From contig OZ024742.1 in NCBI GenBank assembly GCA_964016885.1, positions 148,180,001 to 148,244,000 on the forward strand: 64,000 bases of DNA, in the 5' to 3' direction. A program made the position numbers and the translations under genes. This stretch comes from Eledone cirrhosa (Eukaryota). Position 1 is the stretch's first letter. Each line of letters opens with the position of its first letter. The notes beneath the pieces are model-generated. The model had not been told where the DNA came from. It saw nothing but the letters and a program-made list of their open reading frames with translations, and searched no databases. Shown piece by piece: positions 40,780-54,899 of the stretch.

Positions 40780-42082
40780 GTAAAGTGATATGTGTTTCTT
40801 TCATAAGAAATTTGAAGCAAGTAACCATGTAACTTCAATAGCTCTTCATCATCGACTTCGAGAGAAACTCTAGGACCAACCACCAATAAACACCCTGGTG
40901 GTCGGCAAACATGATCAACTGTCCTATATGTCTATGATCAGATCTCCAGTCAGATTCTTAATCGACACAGAAGTAGAAGTCAGTGTCATCCGTTATATAG
41001 AGGGGAGACAGTGGCAGCTGCCAATGATTCTACAATCCAAGCTTACAGATACCGTACTCTCTCCCACCAAATAGTCTCACAGTAATATAGATGGACATTC
41101 ACCGTCGCTGATGCCAATCAGCCTATCATTGGAGCAGACTTCCTTCGGGCTCACTCACTGCTGGTCGATAATCAGGGGAGACGACTCGTCAATAGCAGTA
41201 AGTATGCCTCTGTTTCTCTGACAACATCTGCACGTGTGACTTTTCATATATCAAACGTCTCTGAGACCAACAACAAGTTCTCAGAATTCCTTTTGAATTA
41301 CCTGAAACTCATTATCATGAAATCTCCCAATCCACAACTCAGCACAGAGTAAAGCATTACATTCCAACCACCAGTTCTCCAGTACACAACCGTGTATGTC
41401 GTCTACCACTAGACAAATTTGCTATTGTGAAGGTCAAATTTGACAATATGGAAGCTTTGGGCATCGTTCATCGACCAAACCGTCCCTGGTCTTCCTCTTC
41501 ACCTCTACACGAAGCACCAATAGAGCTTGGCGACCACCAGACAAATTTGCTATTGTGAAGGTCAAATTTGACAATATGGAAGCTTTGGGCATCGTTCATC
41601 GACCAAACCGTCCCTGGTCTTCCTCTTCACCTCTACACGAAGCACCAATAGAGCTTGGCGACCACCAGACAAATTTGCTATTGTGAAGGTCAAATTTGAC
41701 AATATGGAAGCTTTGGCCATCGTTCATCGACCAAACCGTCCCTGGTCTTCCTCTTCACCTCTACACGAAGCACCAATAGAGCTTGGCGACCACCAGACAA
41801 ATTTGCTATTGTGAAGGTCAAATTTGACAATATGGAAGCTTTGGCCATCGTTCATCGACCAAACAGTCCCTGGTCTTCACCTCTACACGAAACGCCAAAA
41901 CCCAATAGAGCTTGGCGACCCCGCAGGGATTACCGCCGTCTTAACAAAAGTACCTCACCCTACTGCTACACCATTCTGCATATACAAGGCTTCTCAGTTC
42001 AGTTAACAGGATGCTCGATTTTTTCCAAAATCTACCTCAACCGAGGTTATCATCAATTACCTGTACTAGATGATAACATGTA
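40780..42082 (+). pseudogene. Gypsy LTR-retrotransposon gag-pol remnant (CsRn1-like)
   Basis: CFFHKKF gag-like motif; protease FLIDTEVEVSVI..PIIGADFL; RT SPWSSPLH..WRP..DYRRLN..IFSKI.L.RGYHQLPV. Confidence 0.8.
41411..41920 (+). repeat. 128-bp tandem quadruplication within Gypsy pol
   Basis: AGACAAATTTGCTATTGTGAAGG at 41411, 41539, 41667 and 41795. Confidence 0.9.
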
Positions 42083-42616
42083 AATACAATGTAATACAAA
42101 AAGAAAAAAAGAAAATTTATATCGAGAACAAAGAATGGAATGTAAAATAAGAAAATATAAAAAAAAAACGGAAAAAGAAAGATATGGCAAGGGCTCTAGT
42201 ATATATTACAATCCTTCACAATACTTTTCAATGTCGTGATCTGTCACTACTTCCATTTTTTATCTTCCAAAACTAATTTTTCCCTTTTGAGTTTAACATT
42301 TTCATTCCCTTTTCTAATATGCATTTTCTGGTAATATTATTCACTTTTCTTTCCTTTCTTTCACTCTTCTTTCTTTATATATTTTCTTCTTTATGTCTTA
42401 CTTTGTATATTTTTTCTTTCTTACAATCTATATTTAGTTATTTCCATATATTTCATTTCTTCTTCGGATATTCTTGTCTTATATTTATCGTTGTAAGTCA
42501 GGGATTCATTCTTACGTGCTTCGTCGATACTTATATTGTACACACGCACACACGCGTGTGTAAATGTATATATACCCCCCCCCCCACCCATAATATATAT
42601 ATATATATTTATATAT

Positions 42617-42812
42617 ATAGGAAACGAGTCAGGACCCCGACTGCTGAGCTCCGGCCGTTTCGACAGCTAGATCTGAACTAGATCTAACTGTCGAAACGGG
42701 CGGAGCTCAGCCGTCGGGGTCCTGATTCTTTTCCTATTACCCACTTTACTACTCTAAGTATCGAATGCTCTGGTGCGTTATGGTCCACCTGGTTCCTTAC
42801 CACACTTTCTTT
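42617..42812 (+). mobile_element. Half-hammerhead snap-back mini-element, copy 1
   Basis: Inverted arms 42617-42674 and 42680-42736; GAAA-cgg..gagctc..ccg-TC-gggg; tail shared with the other copies. Confidence 0.7.
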
Positions 42813-42844
42813 GTAAAGGCCAGTTACTACAACAGTGCCATACC

Positions 42845-42889
42845 AGGTACGTACGTTTCGTTAGTCCCCAGGACCAACTTGTTCAACAT
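42845..42889 (-). ncRNA. Degenerate hammerhead relic
   Basis: Minus strand: TTGAACA-a-gttggtcc-tgg-ggactaac-GAAA-cgtacg-TA; good helix II and palindromic helix III, but two core substitutions. Confidence 0.55.
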
Positions 42890-42967
42890 ATGCCGATGAA
42901 AATGAACTGGAATTACATTCAAACTCACTCTACTGTCTTGAGTTGTTCTATACCTTGGACATTTTAT

Positions 42968-43024
<57 letters not shown>

Positions 43025-43193
43025 TATATATATATATACATATATATATATAAGTATGTCCCTCACACACATATATATGTGTGGAGGCGGGGGGGGGGGG
43101 AATATATACGTATGTATATATACATGCATGTACTCATAGGAGTATGAAATTATGTGTATATGTAGATACAAATATATTTTATTAATAATTGCA

Positions 43194-43240
<47 letters not shown>

Positions 43241-43517
43241 CACACACATCCATGTATGTGTGCTTTTCCTTAGTTGAAATCAATGCCTCCATATTTTCAA
43301 AGATGCAATGATGCATGTGACAATAAGTGGCTAACTTGCAGCTGAATAGAGAAACGGCCTGAGATGTTGCTAGAAAAACACCAAATATTAAATACCTAAA
43401 ATAAACTACACACACACACACACATATATATCTATATCTATATATATCTTGCATGTATGTATATAAGTATGTATATATATGTATATATATACATACATAT
43501 ACACACACATATATACA

Positions 43518-43572
<55 letters not shown>

Positions 43573-43577
<5 letters not shown>

Positions 43578-43748
43578 AAAATGTTTAACCCCGACGACAG
43601 AGCTCAAGCCGTTTCGACGGCTATTTCTGTCGAAACGGCTTGAGCTCTGCCGTCGGGGTTAAACATTTTCCTATTACCCACTCTACTACCATAAGTACTG
43701 AGTACTCTGGTGCGTTATGGTCCAACTGGTTCCTTATCACACCTCCTT
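43573..43748 (+). mobile_element. Half-hammerhead snap-back mini-element, copy 2
   Basis: Inverted arms 43573-43620 and 43627-43674; embedded in (TA)n on both sides. Confidence 0.75.
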
Positions 43749-43982
43749 TATATATATATAAGTGGAGGCTTAGTAAAATCGAATCTTTGGCTGTGGGCAA
43801 GCAAAGTCGACCTACAATATGAATGAGTTAGCAAAGCACTTGACAAGGTAGGTCCTTAGAGTAATAACATACGTTTAAATAGCTTGACAAATTGAACATT
43901 GTGGTAGGCAAAACCTAACACACAATACCAAAGTAACGAAAAAACTAACAGGTTGAAAAGATACAACTGGACAAATCAAACG

Positions 43983-44090
43983 TTTTACGTTTAAAGTGTT
44001 TCTATGAATCCGAAATCAAATATCCGACTTACGTAACTGGCACACTCGTGGTATTCCATGATCGAACAGGGGACTCATTTCATCAACAGG
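43983..44090 (-). ncRNA. Possible decayed hammerhead
   Basis: Minus strand: TTGATGA-a-atgagtcc...ggattcat-a-GAAA-cactttaaacg-TA; helix I does not pair well. Confidence 0.4.
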
Positions 44091-44809
44091 AATCTCGTTC
44101 TGCTAAAGATCGGGGAGGACGCTAAATGGTGCTGCTATGAGCAAGCAAATCGTACACACACATATATATATATATATATGCGTACAGGAAACGATATTTA
44201 GACGATTGCTTGATCTTCTGGAATAGAAGTCAAAAAGTGTTGGAAAGGTTCTATATCTTCTTAAACAGACTACACGAAGCAAATTAGTGTCCCTCTGTGA
44301 GAAACACTACATGCAGCGAGAATTTAACGAAATGAGGAAACAGAAAATTTACAATTTTCCTATTCTTTAAGATTTGGTAAGAAAACTGGCATTTTAGAAA
44401 ATACCAGGACTAATTCTTCATTAAAAAGTAAAATTCGATAACTAAACTTTGAGTTCAAACCCTATCGAGGTCAATGTTGCCATTCATCATTTCAAGACTT
44501 ATAAATAAAGTACTAGTTATTATTGTGATTGATCTTTCATCTGTATTTCTTTCTCAATTCCTCTCTATCACACACACACACTCTCTCTCATTCTCTGGAA
44601 GAAATCGGCTTTGTTCAGATGCTTAGAGGAAATTGGCTTCGCCATTTTTAAAATGCCCCAAACACGTTGTATTCACAACGACTCCCCACGACTTTATCAG
44701 GCATTGCGGGTCCATACATACACCCCCCCCCCCACACACACATACACACACACACACACAGACACACACATACACACACACAAACACAGACACACACACA
44801 CACACGCGC

Positions 44810-44861
<52 letters not shown>

Positions 44862-45504
44862 CAAACGCACACACATACACACATCTATAATGTAGATAGT
44901 GAATGATAAGTTTCAATTGGTTGTTGAGTATGCAGACGATAATCCAGAATTTTGTAATATATTTTTCCAGTTATTTTCCGTGATTTTCAAATATTCCAAT
45001 GCTTCTAGTGAAGAATTTTTGTCAACAATATAACATTGTTTATTGCTTCTCCTCAGAACGATCGATTTCTTATGGTTCTTGAACAAATCCTTAAACAAAT
45101 AAGTCGCGAAATCTTCTTATGGTTTTTCTGTGTAACCATTCTTTAAACAAATAAAAAATCTTCAGCCCTTAAGTATCATTTACATTCTAAGAAAGAAAAG
45201 GCCCTTTTTCATATTTCATGAAATTCTTCATCTTGTTTTAACCGTATTTAATGGCAAATATATCAATGACAGGCGGAAAGATATACTGTAGTTAGTTATT
45301 AGTTATGAAAACATCGAACAAACTATAATTGAATTCATTGCTTGATTGAATTTTCCGTCAACTGTGATATTGATGGTGACAATGTGAAACTATTGTACCA
45401 TATTAAAGTGCGGTATGTTGTAATATGGTAACCGTGTTCATTTTGTCGATTTAAAAAATCTATTCATAGGAAGTTTTCTAAACATTATTATTGTATCTGC
45501 GGTG

Positions 45505-45858
45505 GATTGGCAGTATCGGTAGAGGGTCGGACACCATGCTTTGCAGCATAGAGTTACGGCCCTTTATGATCTGAGTTCAAATCCCACCGAGGTTAACTTT
45601 GCCTTTCATCCTTACAGGGTTGATAAAATAAAGTACCAGTAATGCACTGGGGTCGATTTAATCGACTTTCCCCTCTCCCATAATTGCTGGCCTTGTGCCT
45701 AAATAAGAAACCATTATTATTCTACGTCCCTTTACGATCTGAGTTCAAATGCCGCCGAGGTTAACTTTGCCTTTCATCCTTACGGGGTCGATAAAATAAA
45801 GTACCAGTAATGTACTGGGTAATTGCTGGCCTTGTGCCAAAAGTAGAAACCATTATTA
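45505..45858 (+). mobile_element. SINE family B, full copy plus adjacent 5'-truncated copy
   Basis: Consensus at 45505-45720 and again at 45723-45858. Confidence 0.85.
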
Positions 45859-46209
45859 TTCTATCTGCTTCTTTGATTGGTGCCAAAAGTAGCACCTTTT
45901 TCCTAGGTAACATATTTACTAAATTTAATTATCCTATGTTATTGCAAGGAATGTAAAAAGAAAACACCATTTATTGACTACAAAGAGTACACCACCGCAT
46001 TTATTCCTCTATGATATAAGAGGAACCTTTACAGACATTAACTCCACCAATATCAACGATAGGAGATCTTGAAATATGAATTGTTTGATGAGGATATAAT
46101 TATCCATCTTGAGTATTTGCAATCATTGCATGACAACATCATACATCGATTCTAAGATTTTATTACCTGTTCTAGTTTAGTATAGCAGGCTGTTTGAAGG
46201 TTAAATAGT

Positions 46210-46640
46210 CTCTTCTTCTTCGCCCATTTATTCCTGAGAGGGCCGTGAGGGCAGAGTCCTCAAACACTCCTTCCAGCGGGTCCTGTCAGAAGCAACCGTC
46301 TCCAACTGATCCAGCTGATCCCCAAGCGTGACCAGCCAAGCTCATGGATGTTATCCGACCATCTTCCCTGTGTCTATTGCCGTCTGGTTATGCGCGTAAA
46401 ATCTGTCCAGCGATTCTTTCCTGAGACATTCTAACCACATGCCCATAGTATCGGAGCTGTGATCTCCCAATTTGGAGAAGTAGCGGCTTTACCAGGAGTG
46501 ACTCTCTGATCTCCGAGTTACTCACTTTATCGAGTAACGATACTCCAAAGACCCTTCGGAGGAATCCCATTTCCGCCGCTGGTATTTGCGATCGTATTCT
46601 TTCGGTCATTTCCCAAGATTCACGACCATAGGTAAATAAT
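46210..46640 (-). mobile_element. RTE (Rex3/Expander-like) 3' end
   Basis: MTERIRSQIPAAEMGFLRRVFGVSLLDKV..SQLRYYGHVVRM; short (GAA)n tail. Confidence 0.85.
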
Positions 46641-47251
46641 CGATTACAAAAAATGGAATGTAGAGATAATTAGTAGAGTAACGAAATGACAATGTTGTCA
46701 CAATGTGATGTTGGCCTCAAAACAAATAATTCCTGTGGTGTCATCATACTATATTCAATTCGTACTCCAATGTATGAAGGCATTTAAAGTTAATTTGTTT
46801 CCCATCCCAACTTCCTACTTAGACCTAATTTTACTCACGCCAGCGCCATGCTATCTAAAAGAAGAAATATGTTGAATATAACCAAGCGATGACAAGCGTT
46901 TAAAGATGTTTAATTTCAAACCAAATGAGTCTGCATCAGCTGCTGTGCACTAGCAACAAGGATCAAGTTGGTAATATCTAAAAGCAGCTGCGTGCGTCAA
47001 ATATTTGATGTCACTACCTTATATTAGTTTCATTAAAGAATCTTGTAATGTGAAAACTATGTTTTTAATAGAGGTGTAAATGTTAACAATCTTTTGGCAT
47101 CCTTTCGAAATATTTACTCATTCAGTGGAAAACTTGGGAAAGTAGACGGTAATGCATATAGTTTGAAAACTCCTGATGTAGAGACTTAATCTTTGGCTCA
47201 TAGTAGTGATAATTGGATGACATTGTTGTTGTTGGGGATGGCGATAGTTTT

Positions 47252-47450
47252 TGTTGTTTAACCCTAGATCAACTTTGATCAAGTAGACCTATGATCAAAA
47301 GCGTTCTAGCCATGTCTATCTCAAGTATTTTCCAGAATACCTCGTGCTACATTATGCAATACATTTTTTAAGGCACAAGCTGGTGTTTGAGAGCAATTTG
47401 ACTGCAATTTCTAAATAACTGAAAAGCCCACATTAGAGTCATCATTCCTA
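47252..47450. repeat. Old interspersed repeat, related copy at ~47892-48075
   Basis: Shared GTTTAACC..TATGATCA..ATTTG(A/G)CTGC(A/T)ATTTCTA blocks. Confidence 0.5.
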
Positions 47451-48305
47451 TAGTTTGCTGTTCTTTTTAATAATATTTAATCTGTAACGAGATTCTGTTC
47501 AATATGTTCCTGTTTAGTATTGCTGCTGTTGGAGGTGTTCAGTTTCAGCATGAAATATTTTCTAGCGACATATGAAATATTTTCTTTTGTTATTTCAAGC
47601 ATAAGAGTACTCTACACTCTGAAATCAAATCCCATCAAGTTAACTTTGCCTTTCCTCCTTTCAAGGTCGATAAAAACGTTCCACTCCAATACTGTAGCCA
47701 TTTCTTCCCCTAGACTGCTTTCTTATTTCTTCTTTCTTTCACTCACTCTCCTTCTCTGGAAGAAATAGGCTGTGTTAAAACCTGGATAGGAGATGTGCTC
47801 GCGAGGTTCTAAAATGCTCAAGAAACGCTGTATGACAATACGACACCCCAACGACTCTACCAGGAGTTATCAGTTCATACATACATTGTTAATGTTTAAC
47901 CTCAAGTCATTCGTAATATGATCATAACGATTTTAACTATAACCATCCTTTTCTTTTTTTTTTTGTGATATGTACGTCTATATTACTTAATGTATTGTTT
48001 CCTTACTGATGATGGCAGGGTGTAATTTTGGGAATATTTGGCTGCTATTTCTAGCAGATTGAGCGACTACAGAACTGTTCCTTCAATTGTTATTGCTACT
48101 GTTTAAGGTGGTGCAATCATGTGATAGGCCTTGTAAAGAGCCGTTAGTATTAGTGGTGGTAATGACTGGTAATGGTGTTGATTTGGATAGTATTAAGGAC
48201 GTTTTCGCCAGTTGAAGCTGATTCTGGTGTCGTCAGGGATAATCATGGTGGTGGCGGTGATGGCGGGGGGGGGGGGGGGTATATGGTAAATGTGTGGTGC
48301 TGTAA

Positions 48306-48500
48306 ATTGGCAGTATCGGTAGATCATCGGACCAAATGATTTGTGGTTACGACTTTCTATATTCTGGGTTCAAATCCTGCCAATGTCAACTTTACCTTTC
48401 GTCCTTCCGGGGACGAAAGGTAAAGTAAAGTACTGGAGTGGATTTCATCGACTTTCCCCCCTCCCCAAATTACTGGCCTTGTGCCCAAGTTAGAAACCAT
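48306..48500 (+). mobile_element. SINE family B, diverged
   Basis: TGGCAGTATCGGTAGA..GGTTCAAATCC..GGCCTTGTGCCC. Confidence 0.75.
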
Positions 48501-48736
48501 ATTTTAAATGATATTTTGGTTGTCACTGTCGCTATTGTTGTTATTCAGTTAATGGTACTGTGGAAGCTGATGGAATTGGTGAGAGAACAATAGTACCTTG
48601 ACTATTAGAAAGAAAGAAGAAATAAATATGAAATAAACGAAAGAGAGAATAGGGGGGGGGGAGAAAATGGATTGATAGAGAAATAATGAGATAGACAAAA
48701 GAGATATGATGGATAGAGAGAGAGGGAGAGAGGGAG

Positions 48737-48784
<48 letters not shown>

Positions 48785-49178
48785 AATACGACAGAGAGGA
48801 CGTAAGAAAGAAGATTTAATAATAAAAATGGCTCAATCTATTGTCAAAATGTTCCAGGGTTATGAGGCAAATACAAATACGTCAACATGGCAAAGTGGGA
48901 AGTGCAGGCGTAAATAGAACTAAGAAATATATTGACCGACAGACAAATAGAAAGACATAAATAGATAGCTAGATAGGTAGATAGATAGGTAGATAGATAG
49001 ACAGAGAGGCAGACAGACAGGCATACAGACAGACAGACAGATAGATAGTTAAATGGGTAAATCGTGAAAAGTTTTAAGTAGGAGTAAGCTGTATACACAC
49101 ACACACACACATAGGTATAGACATATATACATGTGCGTGCACATATGCATATACATGTGTGTGTACATATATGTATAC

Positions 49179-49231
<53 letters not shown>

Positions 49232-49442
49232 CTCGGTATGGATAAGGTATATATATGTATATATATATATATATAATATGTATACATATATGTACACACA
49301 CATATACCTAAATATATGCATACACACATACACACACACATTTAGATATATATCTACGTATATACGTATATATATATATATACTTACACATGCACACACA
49401 CACACATATATATATACTTACACACACATACACACACACACT

Positions 49443-49482
<40 letters not shown>

Positions 49483-49983
49483 CATGTGTACATGTATATG
49501 TACATATATGCGAGAGTATGTGAAAGACAGATTCGGAGAGAGAGAGAGAGAGAAGAGGGGGGGGGGAGAAAATGAGGAGAAAAAATCGTAATAAATAAAT
49601 AAACCAAATAAATACAGGCACTGTAGGGAGCTTATAATAACTGCATTATGATATATGTATGAAAGATTGCAGAAGTGAGCTTAGCGGGGTCGATATAAAT
49701 TATGAAACTATAGAAGCATGTAAATTATATTAGAACGAACAGGTACCATTCGACAGGAAAAATGGCCGCCAATTTGCACAACCTAAGCGCTTTGCACAAG
49801 CCATAAACCGCTGATTTAAAGCTATTTATTTAATCAACACTCAAGTCTCTGCTTATCGCTGCATTCTTGATTGTCATTGATTTAAATGATTTTCATTTTT
49901 TTTATTTGTTTTCTTTCTTTTTGTTTTCTATTATTTCTATTATTATTATTATTACTATTATTATTATTATTATTATTATTGAA

Positions 49984-50155
49984 TTGGCAGTATCGGTAGA
50001 GGGTCAGACATGCTTTCCAGTACAGTTACGTCCCTTTACGATCTGAGTTCAAATCCCGCCGAGGTTAACTTTGCCTTTCATCCTTACGAGGTCGATAAAA
50101 TAAAGTACCAGTAATGTACTGGATATTTGCTGGCCTTGTGCCAAAAGTAGAAACA

Positions 50156-50208
<53 letters not shown>

Positions 50209-50358
50209 CATCATCATTATTATTTGTAGAAGTACTATTATTATTGACTATCCCGCCGAGGTTAACTTTGCCTTTCATCCTTACGGGGTCAATAAAATAA
50301 AGTACCAGTAACATACTGGGATAGTTACTGACCTTGTGTCAAATCTAGAAACAATTAT
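49984..50358 (+). mobile_element. SINE family B with (ATT)n tail plus second partial copy
   Basis: Consensus at 49984-50158 and 50251-50358. Confidence 0.85.
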
Positions 50359-50377
50359 TATTGACTATTGAATTGAA

Positions 50378-51712
50378 TACCCGCGTTTATTTCGTTCTGA
50401 GTTAGGCCCAAATTTTCCGAGCTTTTAAATCCCTTTTGAGCGTTCGAAAACAACTAAGTCTTTTCTATCGTCTCTTCAAAACTCGGAAAGAATTGGTGTT
50501 TTTTTTACTATTTTAACCCGTAAGACAAGAAATTCCTTTCTTGTCTCTAAAAAAGGGCGCCAAAATAAAAAGAAGATCCTCTTTGACGCTGTGTAGTACT
50601 AACGCACGTGTGAATATTGTCCCCGCCACCACTGCTCAGCAAACTGGCGGTGATGAGATGACCAACAGCAATAACAACAGCTATTCCACCACCACCATCA
50701 CCACCAGCATTCATAATCACGATGACTTTACTCACCAGTTTCGCCATTATGGCAACGACAACAACAACACCAAGAACACCAATAGCACCAACAGCATTGG
50801 CACACGGGGATCTCTTCGTCTTGTAGTAAATAAGAGGGGAACCTTCACCCCACCATACAACAAAAGACACAAAGATAAAAAAAAAGACATTTTGTTTCAT
50901 CCCATCACACTCCAGGAAACACGACAAAACACTCTCAGACCAAATACAAATGCAACGGCAACAACCCCAACCCCACCACTACCACAATTGTGAACACAAC
51001 CGCCGCCACCACGACCTCCAGTGAAGAGGGCGAACGAAAAACTGATATCCTTCATTGCAGAACGATGGAATCATTACGCACATACTCGTCCAGTACCAAA
51101 GCATTGTTGATATTGGTGTTTTATCGAACAGCTATTATCGTGTGAGGGATGGATCCAGTTATGAACCGACTCCACCGAGAGAAGACGACCACCCCCGTCA
51201 CTTTTTTTTTGGTCAGGTAGCACAGGAAGTTTTCGTCTGTCTGGTGGTTGTGGCAAATGAAGTTGTGTGGTGGGCGCGACTGAAAGGACTGAAGTTAAAC
51301 ATTTTCCTCTTCGGTCAAACCCTCATCGACTTTTTGAAATTCTATTTGGATTGGCAGCTGAGGGTGGAGAGGGAAGTGTTGCTCCTCCCAGTAGATTTAT
51401 TAAAATGTGGATGAATGTAGCGAGGATGGCCCGAGTCAACGGGCCTTCTCTGAGCATGCGCCTATAGTCAGGAAAGTTTAGAGGGAAGGGGGCACCTTCT
51501 TATGGTGCTCTTGGTTGTTAGGATGGCTTCGGATCTGTGGGGTTCATAAACTACCCCTGGGTTATGCTCTCTCCTATTGGGGGAATTCTGTTGTTTTATT
51601 GTTACTTTGTTACCTTACCTACTTTCTTTATTAATCCTCACTCTCCTACTGTCCTTGTCCATTTACATTGACCTTTGTTTTTCGGCTCTTGTGGCTAACA
51701 AAGAAAGAAGAA
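50378..51712 (+). mobile_element. Tx1/L1-clade derivative retaining a 5'/ORF1-like part and the extreme 3' end
   Basis: 51225-51467 encodes EVVWWARLKGL..RVEREVL..WMNVARMARVNGPSLSMRL, homologous to 27941-28177; no RT. The 5' boundary is approximate. Confidence 0.7.
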
Positions 51713-52008
51713 TTAATAATAGCATTATTATTATTAGTTAGATAAAATAAAAGTAGTTGTAGTAGTAGTGGTGGTATTTTTAAATTCGCAATTATTTTTA
51801 TTGTAGTTTAAGCGATAAAATTCACTTTTAATCCTTTGTTTTCAATTTCCACCGAATTTCTTTTTCCTAATCTGATTCTCAGTTTTCTTTCCTTCACTAA
51901 ATATTTTCTCATTTTATTTCTTTTTAAAACTTACGTTCTATACTTGTTCTCTTTCCTTAATATACTGTTTTGTATCTTTTCTTCTTTATACTGCAATTAT
52001 TTGTATGT

Positions 52009-52078
<70 letters not shown>

Positions 52079-52173
52079 AAGAGAAAGAAAGATAACAGAG
52101 AAAGAGAAAGATAGATAGAAAGAGGGAGAAAAAGTGAGAGACAGAGTGCATGTGTGTGTGTGTGTGAGAGAGA

Positions 52174-52212
<39 letters not shown>

Positions 52213-52824
52213 AATGTGTGTATCTGTGCAGATATATATATAAATATTCATGTCTTCATATAACTATAGATAGATATGCAAATGTACGCACATGCTAGAT
52301 GTGTATTTAAATAGACACTAAAACATAAAAACCTATAGTACCCGTGTGTGTATGTTTCTATATATGTAAAGATGCACATACATACAACAGATAACTACAT
52401 ATTAATACAGATATGTATATGTAGACAAGAAGCAAGAATTTGAATATAGATATATATAGGTTAACAAAGCAGAATCCAGGGAGACCAGTGATGTTGTGAG
52501 TCGGAATAAATCGTATTTATTAGTAATGGTAAAGTTTCTAGAGGCTGTATGCCGCCGAGAGAAAAGATTGCGACGTTGCGAAGTAAGTTTTTCTTCGAAG
52601 TGAATGAAAAGTTTTACTTCATCTTGACAGTATTAGTCTACCAAATATGGTAGATATTTAAAGACCAGCTTCAGAAAAAGATTACATTCGAATAAATAGT
52701 GTCATAAAGTTTCTGGATATTCTCTCCAAGAAGACAGAGGTGGTGGCATACGAGTAAGCGACTACGGCAAAACGCTTGTTAGCAGCATTACTCCCATTCA
52801 TATATGTACAGACATATACATACG

Positions 52825-52902
<78 letters not shown>

Positions 52903-53242
52903 AACACACCGACGGAGAGATCTCCCACCCACTTTGTGGGTGGTGAGAGATGTCTTCTCTTGGGAAAATGGGTATAGCTTTCATTATGTAAAATCTCCCC
53001 ATTTTGCCTCATTTCTACCCGCTTTAGGCACTTTTTTCATGGTACTCCCTTTTGGCTTTTTAGAAGTTGGCAGGTCTGTTCTGATAAGATAATCATAGTT
53101 TGTTCTCAAATGTAACCGTTAACTCTATGTTATATCCAACAACCAATAGCTGTCCTTAGTTTATTACTTGGGTGATGTGATATGCATATATTCTTACATA
53201 ACTTGCGGCGACGAAAGTATTCAAATGCTTAATTAAATATAT

Positions 53243-53421
53243 AATTGTTTCTACTTTTGGCACAAGGCCAGCAATTACCCAGTACATTACTGGTACTTTA
53301 TTTTATCGACCCCGTAAGGATGAAAGGCAAAGTTAACCCCGGCGGGATTTGAACTCATACCGTAAAGGGACGTAACTATGCTGGAAAGCATGGCATCCGA
53401 CTCTCTACCGATATTGCCAAT
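53243..53421 (-). mobile_element. SINE family B
   Basis: Reverse complement of the consensus. Confidence 0.85.
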
Positions 53422-53556
53422 CCACCTAATAAATACAAATATAACTTTGAAATAAGTTTAATTATTTAGAAGCCCGACAATGCATGTGAGATATGAAGTA
53501 CCAAGGTAATAAGAAATAGAGAAAATAGGACAAAAGAACTGAGAAAAAGAGTGAGA

Positions 53557-54096
53557 TTCTCTAATTCTTATTACCTTGGCATTTATCTCACTCGCATTGT
53601 CGAGCTTCGAAATAATTAAACTTATTTCCTAGTTATATTTGTATTTCTTATTCCACAATGCTTCAAGCAAACTATTTTTTATTAGAATATATAGATAACA
53701 AGCTCGTGTATTTGATGGAAGCCGCTTCTATTTTTTTGAACTTTTAAAGAATGTGGAGACTGGTTTCTATTTCCACGTCCGTTGTAGAATTGATTGAAAT
53801 GATCCTGTATCGGTATCTGAATCAGGAGGCTGGTTAGTTGATAGTGTTAAACGTAATAAAGAAATGGAATATACCATCGAAATGTAACCTAATATTTCCA
53901 AATGTAAAGTTGATTCTTTCTCAATGACAGCTCTGACCACCAACAGAAAGATATATCTCGACATTGCAGTCAGCATATACTCACATATGTGAACTCACTA
54001 CACAGTCACAATAAAAACCATAATACAAAAATACCTCATGTTTCTGGTTTTTATACTTTTTTCTGCATCATTATAATTCTTAACATGGTTGTTTTG

Positions 54097-54100
<4 letters not shown>
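53557..54100 (-). mobile_element. Inverted 5' fragment of the adjacent Penelope-like element
   Basis: 53557-53763 is the reverse complement of 54321-54525; a further + copy lies at 53431-53525. Confidence 0.75.
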
Positions 54101-54127
<27 letters not shown>

Positions 54128-54135
54128 TCCGTTTA

Positions 54136-54197
<62 letters not shown>

Positions 54198-54899
54198 TAA
54201 ACGGAATAGAAAATGCTGACAAATTGTTCACAGTTGAAAAATGGTTTAATTAGGAATAAAAGAGTATTAGTGATTGTATTCAGTTGTGGTTTTAAGTTTT
54301 TAAGTTTTTACCGGTTGCGCCCAGTCTCCACATTCTTTAAAAGTTCAAAGAAATAGAAGCGGCTTCCATCAAATACACGAGCTTGTTATCTATATATTCT
54401 AATAAAAAATAGTTTGCTTGAAGCATTGTGGAATAAGAAATACAAATATAACTAGGAAATAAGTTTAATTATTTCGAAGCTCGACAATGCGAGTGAGATA
54501 AATGCCAAGGAAATAAGAATAAGGAGACACCATACCAAATCACTCAACTACTACGCGGATTCCTCATCGTCAAACATAGGGAAAAGATACCACCGCCATG
54601 ATAGATGCAACAACTTCCCCGCTTCAAGGGGACAGCAAGGTAATTACCATTTTCTCAACTCTCACTTCCACAATACACAACAAACCCACACCACACGATA
54701 CAACCAACAACGTAGGCCACTTATAACACCACAATACAACATGGCACATAGAAACACACACCCATACTCGCAGTACAGGAACACCCCATTCAATCTACAA
54801 CCACCAACCCGAACCACATTTTACAACAACAAGGAATATAACAAACACAGGAGACCACTTAACATCAGCAGACAACCCCTCTACCCCAACCATTTTTTA

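Noticed and set aside
44913-45098. Possible PLE RT N-terminal relic
   Set aside because: Only a faint resemblance to the IVIRKADKG region; too weak to call.
48195-48240. Minus-strand CTGACGA-caccag...ctggc-GAAA-acg-TC
   Set aside because: Helix I cannot form and helix III is mismatched.
52560-52635. Hammerhead-like remnant on the minus strand
   Set aside because: Both core segments are altered; not supportable.
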